A stretch of DNA of 64,000 nt, from contig DCAB01000012.1 of the NCBI GenBank assembly GCA_002311855.1, forward strand, positions 388,112-452,111, written 5' to 3'. The translations under genes were made by a program, and so were the position numbers. Within the stretch, counting starts at the first letter, position 1; every line of letters starts with the position of its first letter. Below are positions 63,205-64,000 of the stretch, piece by piece. Source of the DNA: Candidatus Dadabacteria bacterium UBA1144 (lineage in GTDB: Bacteria; Desulfobacterota_D; UBA1144). The notes beneath the pieces were generated by a model. It ran no database searches. It was not told the origin of the DNA and worked only from the letters and a program-made list of their open reading frames with translations.

Positions 63205-64000
63205 ATGACCTCAAAATCAAAAATCAAATCATATGATTTAGATTATATTTGGCACCCCTTTACTCAAATGAAAGAGTACAAAGAAGATGAACCTATTGTC
63301 ATAGAAGATTCAGATGGTGTTTATCTAATTGATTCAGACGGCAATAGATATATAGATGGGGTATCCTCGCTGTGGGTCAATATACATGGTCATAAAGTAA
63401 AAAAAATTGATGAAGCTATAAAGAAACAGATTGATAAGATTGCACACTCAACACTTCTTGGCGTAACAAACCCCTCTGCGGCAATACTGGCAAAAAAATT
63501 AATTGATATTGCCCCTGAGGGCCTAAAAAAAATTTTTTACTCAAGTGATGGTGCTAGCGCAGTGGAAGTAGCATTGAAAATGGCATTTCAATATTGGTTA
63601 TTAAAAAATAAACCTAACAAACAAAAATTCGTGTCTCTAAAAGATGGATATCATGGAGATACTCTAGGGGCCGTTTCAGTAGGAGGAATAGATATATTTC
63701 ACTCCACATATAAACCATTACTATTTAAATCTTTTCAAATATCTTCATATGATTCTTCTGATAGAATGGTTAAAGAATTGGAGAAAATTTTAAATGAAAA
63801 ATCAGATGAGATAGCTGCGTTAATTATCGAACCATACGTGCAAACTGCTGGTGGAATCAAAGTGGCCAAAGAAGGATACCTTAAAGATGTAAGAAATATT
63901 TGTAACAATTATGATGTTCTTCTTATAATTGATGAAGTTGCTACTGGTTTTGGGAGAACTGGTGAGATGTTTGCCTGTGATCACGATAAAGTTACCCCTG
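63205..64000 (+). CDS. bioA: adenosylmethionine-8-amino-7-oxononanoate transaminase (runs off window edge)
   Basis: Manual translation: IWHPFTQM, DGVSSLWVNIHGH, YHGDT, DEVATGFGRTG. Confidence 0.95.
   Translation, partial: MTSKSKIKSYDLDYIWHPFTQMKEYKEDEPIVIEDSDGVYLIDSDGNRYIDGVSSLWVNIHGHKVKKIDEAIKKQIDKIAHSTLLGVTNPSAAILAKKLIDIAPEGLKKIFYSSDGASAVEVALKMAFQYWLLKNKPNKQKFVSLKDGYHGDTLGAVSVGGIDIFHSTYKPLLFKSFQISSYDSSDRMVKELEKILNEKSDEIAALIIEPYVQTAGGIKVAKEGYLKDVRNICNNYDVLLIIDEVATGFGRTGEMFACDHDKVTP

Overview
AT-rich, very tightly packed bacterial chromosome segment with many overlapping start/stop codons. It looks like a streamlined aerobic diderm; a marine Desulfobacterota/'Dadabacteria'-like lineage is my guess from gene content only. 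Most genes are housekeeping: thiD, gltB, tsaD, thiC-carB-greA-lspA-ribE-aroK-queG, tpx-sufT-bcp-bioD, purM, lysA-exbBD, ddl, trxB, ptsHI, mqnC and bioBA. The window also carries a respiratory Alternative Complex III operon (actABCDEF), an ethylmalonyl-CoA-pathway operon (mcd-mcl-ecm), an assimilatory sulfate-reduction cluster, a small surface-glycan block and tRNA-Arg(UCG). I saw no CRISPR array, IS element, integrase or prophage. The best leads are: (1) a ~77-nt intergenic three-way-junction RNA with its own promoter and T-tract at about 34198-34274; (2) a 67-aa orphan gene with full expression signals and a possible hairpin-embedded 42-aa membrane peptide behind it; (3) a 49-aa membrane microprotein coupled to actF; (4) a Zn-loop-less, probably Cu-only SodC; (5) a short Mcd; (6) a rare tRNA-Arg(UCG); (7) two apparent point lesions. 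All family assignments come from motif recognition by eye; no database searches were run.
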